A stretch of 5,313 nucleotides of DNA from an uncultured archaeon. Its GTDB lineage: Archaea > Iainarchaeota > Iainarchaeia > Iainarchaeales > 0-14-0-20-30-16. This document shows, one piece after another, positions 4,786 to 5,313 of the stretch. Under the pieces are notes generated by a model. That model saw nothing but the letters and a program-made list of their open reading frames with translations. It searched no databases and had not been told where the DNA came from. How positions within the stretch are numbered: the first letter of the stretch is position 1; each line of letters begins with the position of its first letter. The stretch lies in contig CAYZSS010000015.1 of the NCBI GenBank assembly GCA_964480435.1, positions 1 through 5,313 on the forward strand. The letters run 5' to 3'. The position numbers and the translations under genes are program-made.

Positions 4786-5301
4786 TATATCAAAGCAATC
4801 CAATAAAGAAGTTACTTCTGGAAAAGAAAATTTTGCGTCCTTAATATTATTTTTTACTGGACTTAGGTAATAGTTTCTAGCATTCTTAAAAGAAGAAGAC
4901 TTTAAGTTTACATTATCAAAACGGCTACCATTAAGGTCAGAATTTTCAAAACTAGCACCAGTCAAATTTATATCAAAAAAATCACTGTCAAATATTTGAC
5001 AGGACTCAAGTTTTGTTTCTTTTAAATTTAAACCTGAAAATATAGAATTAGAAATAACACAATTATTAAACTCTAGTTTTATTAGAAACTTATTACATTT
5101 TGAAAAATTTAAACCCATTATTTTACTGCTTTTAAAAACTATATTCTGAAGCTTAACATTTTCCAGGTTAACATTTGATAGATTACAGTTTTCAAATACA
5201 CAATCAACAAACTGAGAACCCCTAAATGAACAATTAGAGAAATCAATTGCTTTAAAAGTTTGGGACACAAATTCACTGTTTTCATAAACCATAATTATCA
5301 C
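4774..5301 (-). CDS. Pentapeptide-repeat protein (Qnr/MfpA-like right-handed quadrilateral beta-helix family)
   Basis: About 22 consecutive A(D/N)LXX-type pentads with F/L/I at the central position: AIDFS NCSFR GSQFV DCVFE NCNLS NVNLE NVKLQ NIVFK ... NSIFS GLNLK ETKLE SCQIF DSDFF DINLT GASFE NSDLN GSRFD NVNLK SSSFK. One loop (KCNKFLIKLEF) interrupts them. The C-terminal tail YYLSPVKNNIKDAKFSFPEVTSLLDCFDIKIV resembles the terminal segment of small Qnr-like proteins. The track start at 5301 is a GTG. The ATG at 5292..5290 (MVYENSEF...), preceded by the SD-like GTGAT, is the more likely start, giving 4774..5292 and 172 aa. Confidence 0.85.
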   Translation of the reverse strand: MIIMVYENSEFVSQTFKAIDFSNCSFRGSQFVDCVFENCNLSNVNLENVKLQNIVFKSSKIMGLNFSKCNKFLIKLEFNNCVISNSIFSGLNLKETKLESCQIFDSDFFDINLTGASFENSDLNGSRFDNVNLKSSSFKNARNYYLSPVKNNIKDAKFSFPEVTSLLDCFDIKIV

Positions 5302-5313
5302 TAACTATACAAG

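Noticed and set aside
5290-5301. GTG at 5301..5299 as the start of the pentapeptide gene (the ORF track shows M)
   Set aside because: The first track codon is GTG, not ATG. An in-frame ATG three codons downstream (5292..5290) is preceded by the SD-like GTGAT formed partly by that GTG. I kept the track coordinates for the feature but regard 5292 as the more probable start. I cannot resolve this without N-terminal or ribosome-profiling data.
4774-5301. Calling the pentapeptide protein a quinolone-resistance determinant (qnr)
   Set aside because: Only family-level features are visible (the pentad pattern and a Qnr-like tail). The protein is shorter than the Qnr proteins I recall, and the context looks archaeal. 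A specific resistance function cannot be supported from sequence alone.
1-5313. Defence island, mobile element, CRISPR array or RNA gene hidden in the window
   Set aside because: The AAA+ ATPase is clearly PAN, not a defence NTPase. I see no nuclease/helicase/methylase trio, no transposase or integrase, no terminal inverted repeats or target duplications, and no regularly spaced direct repeats. All intergenic gaps (57, 51, 80 and 68 bp) are too short for a tRNA or rRNA and show no cloverleaf-like pairing.

Overview
The window is a visibly AT-rich (roughly one-third G+C by eye), tightly packed chromosomal segment that looks archaeal. This rests on a PAN proteasomal ATPase, an archaea-specific Nre protein, TATA-like boxes about 26 bp upstream of start codons, and oligo-T runs after stops. 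I support six protein genes. I found no rRNA, tRNA or CRISPR array (intergenic gaps are only 51-80 bp) and no transposase, integrase or terminal repeats. On the minus strand, Nre (1422..2603) overlaps a 205-aa TtuA/Ncs6-like PP-loop homologue (808..1425) by 4 nt (ATGA); that homologue has lost its catalytic signature. A 57-bp gap then leads to PAN (1..750), which runs off the window edge and is absent from the supplied ORF track. An endonuclease IV family TIM-barrel gene (2655..3488) is transcribed divergently from Nre across a 51-bp spacer with one central TATA-like element. Next comes a 378-aa orphan helical-repeat protein with an Arg/Lys-rich repeat tail (3569..4705), convergent with a 175-aa pentapeptide-repeat protein (4774..5301). 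I do not see a clear defence or mobile system. The best candidate for something undescribed is the Nre / degenerate PP-loop / endonuclease IV module next to PAN. All functional calls come from motif reading by eye, with no database search, so they are family-level hypotheses.
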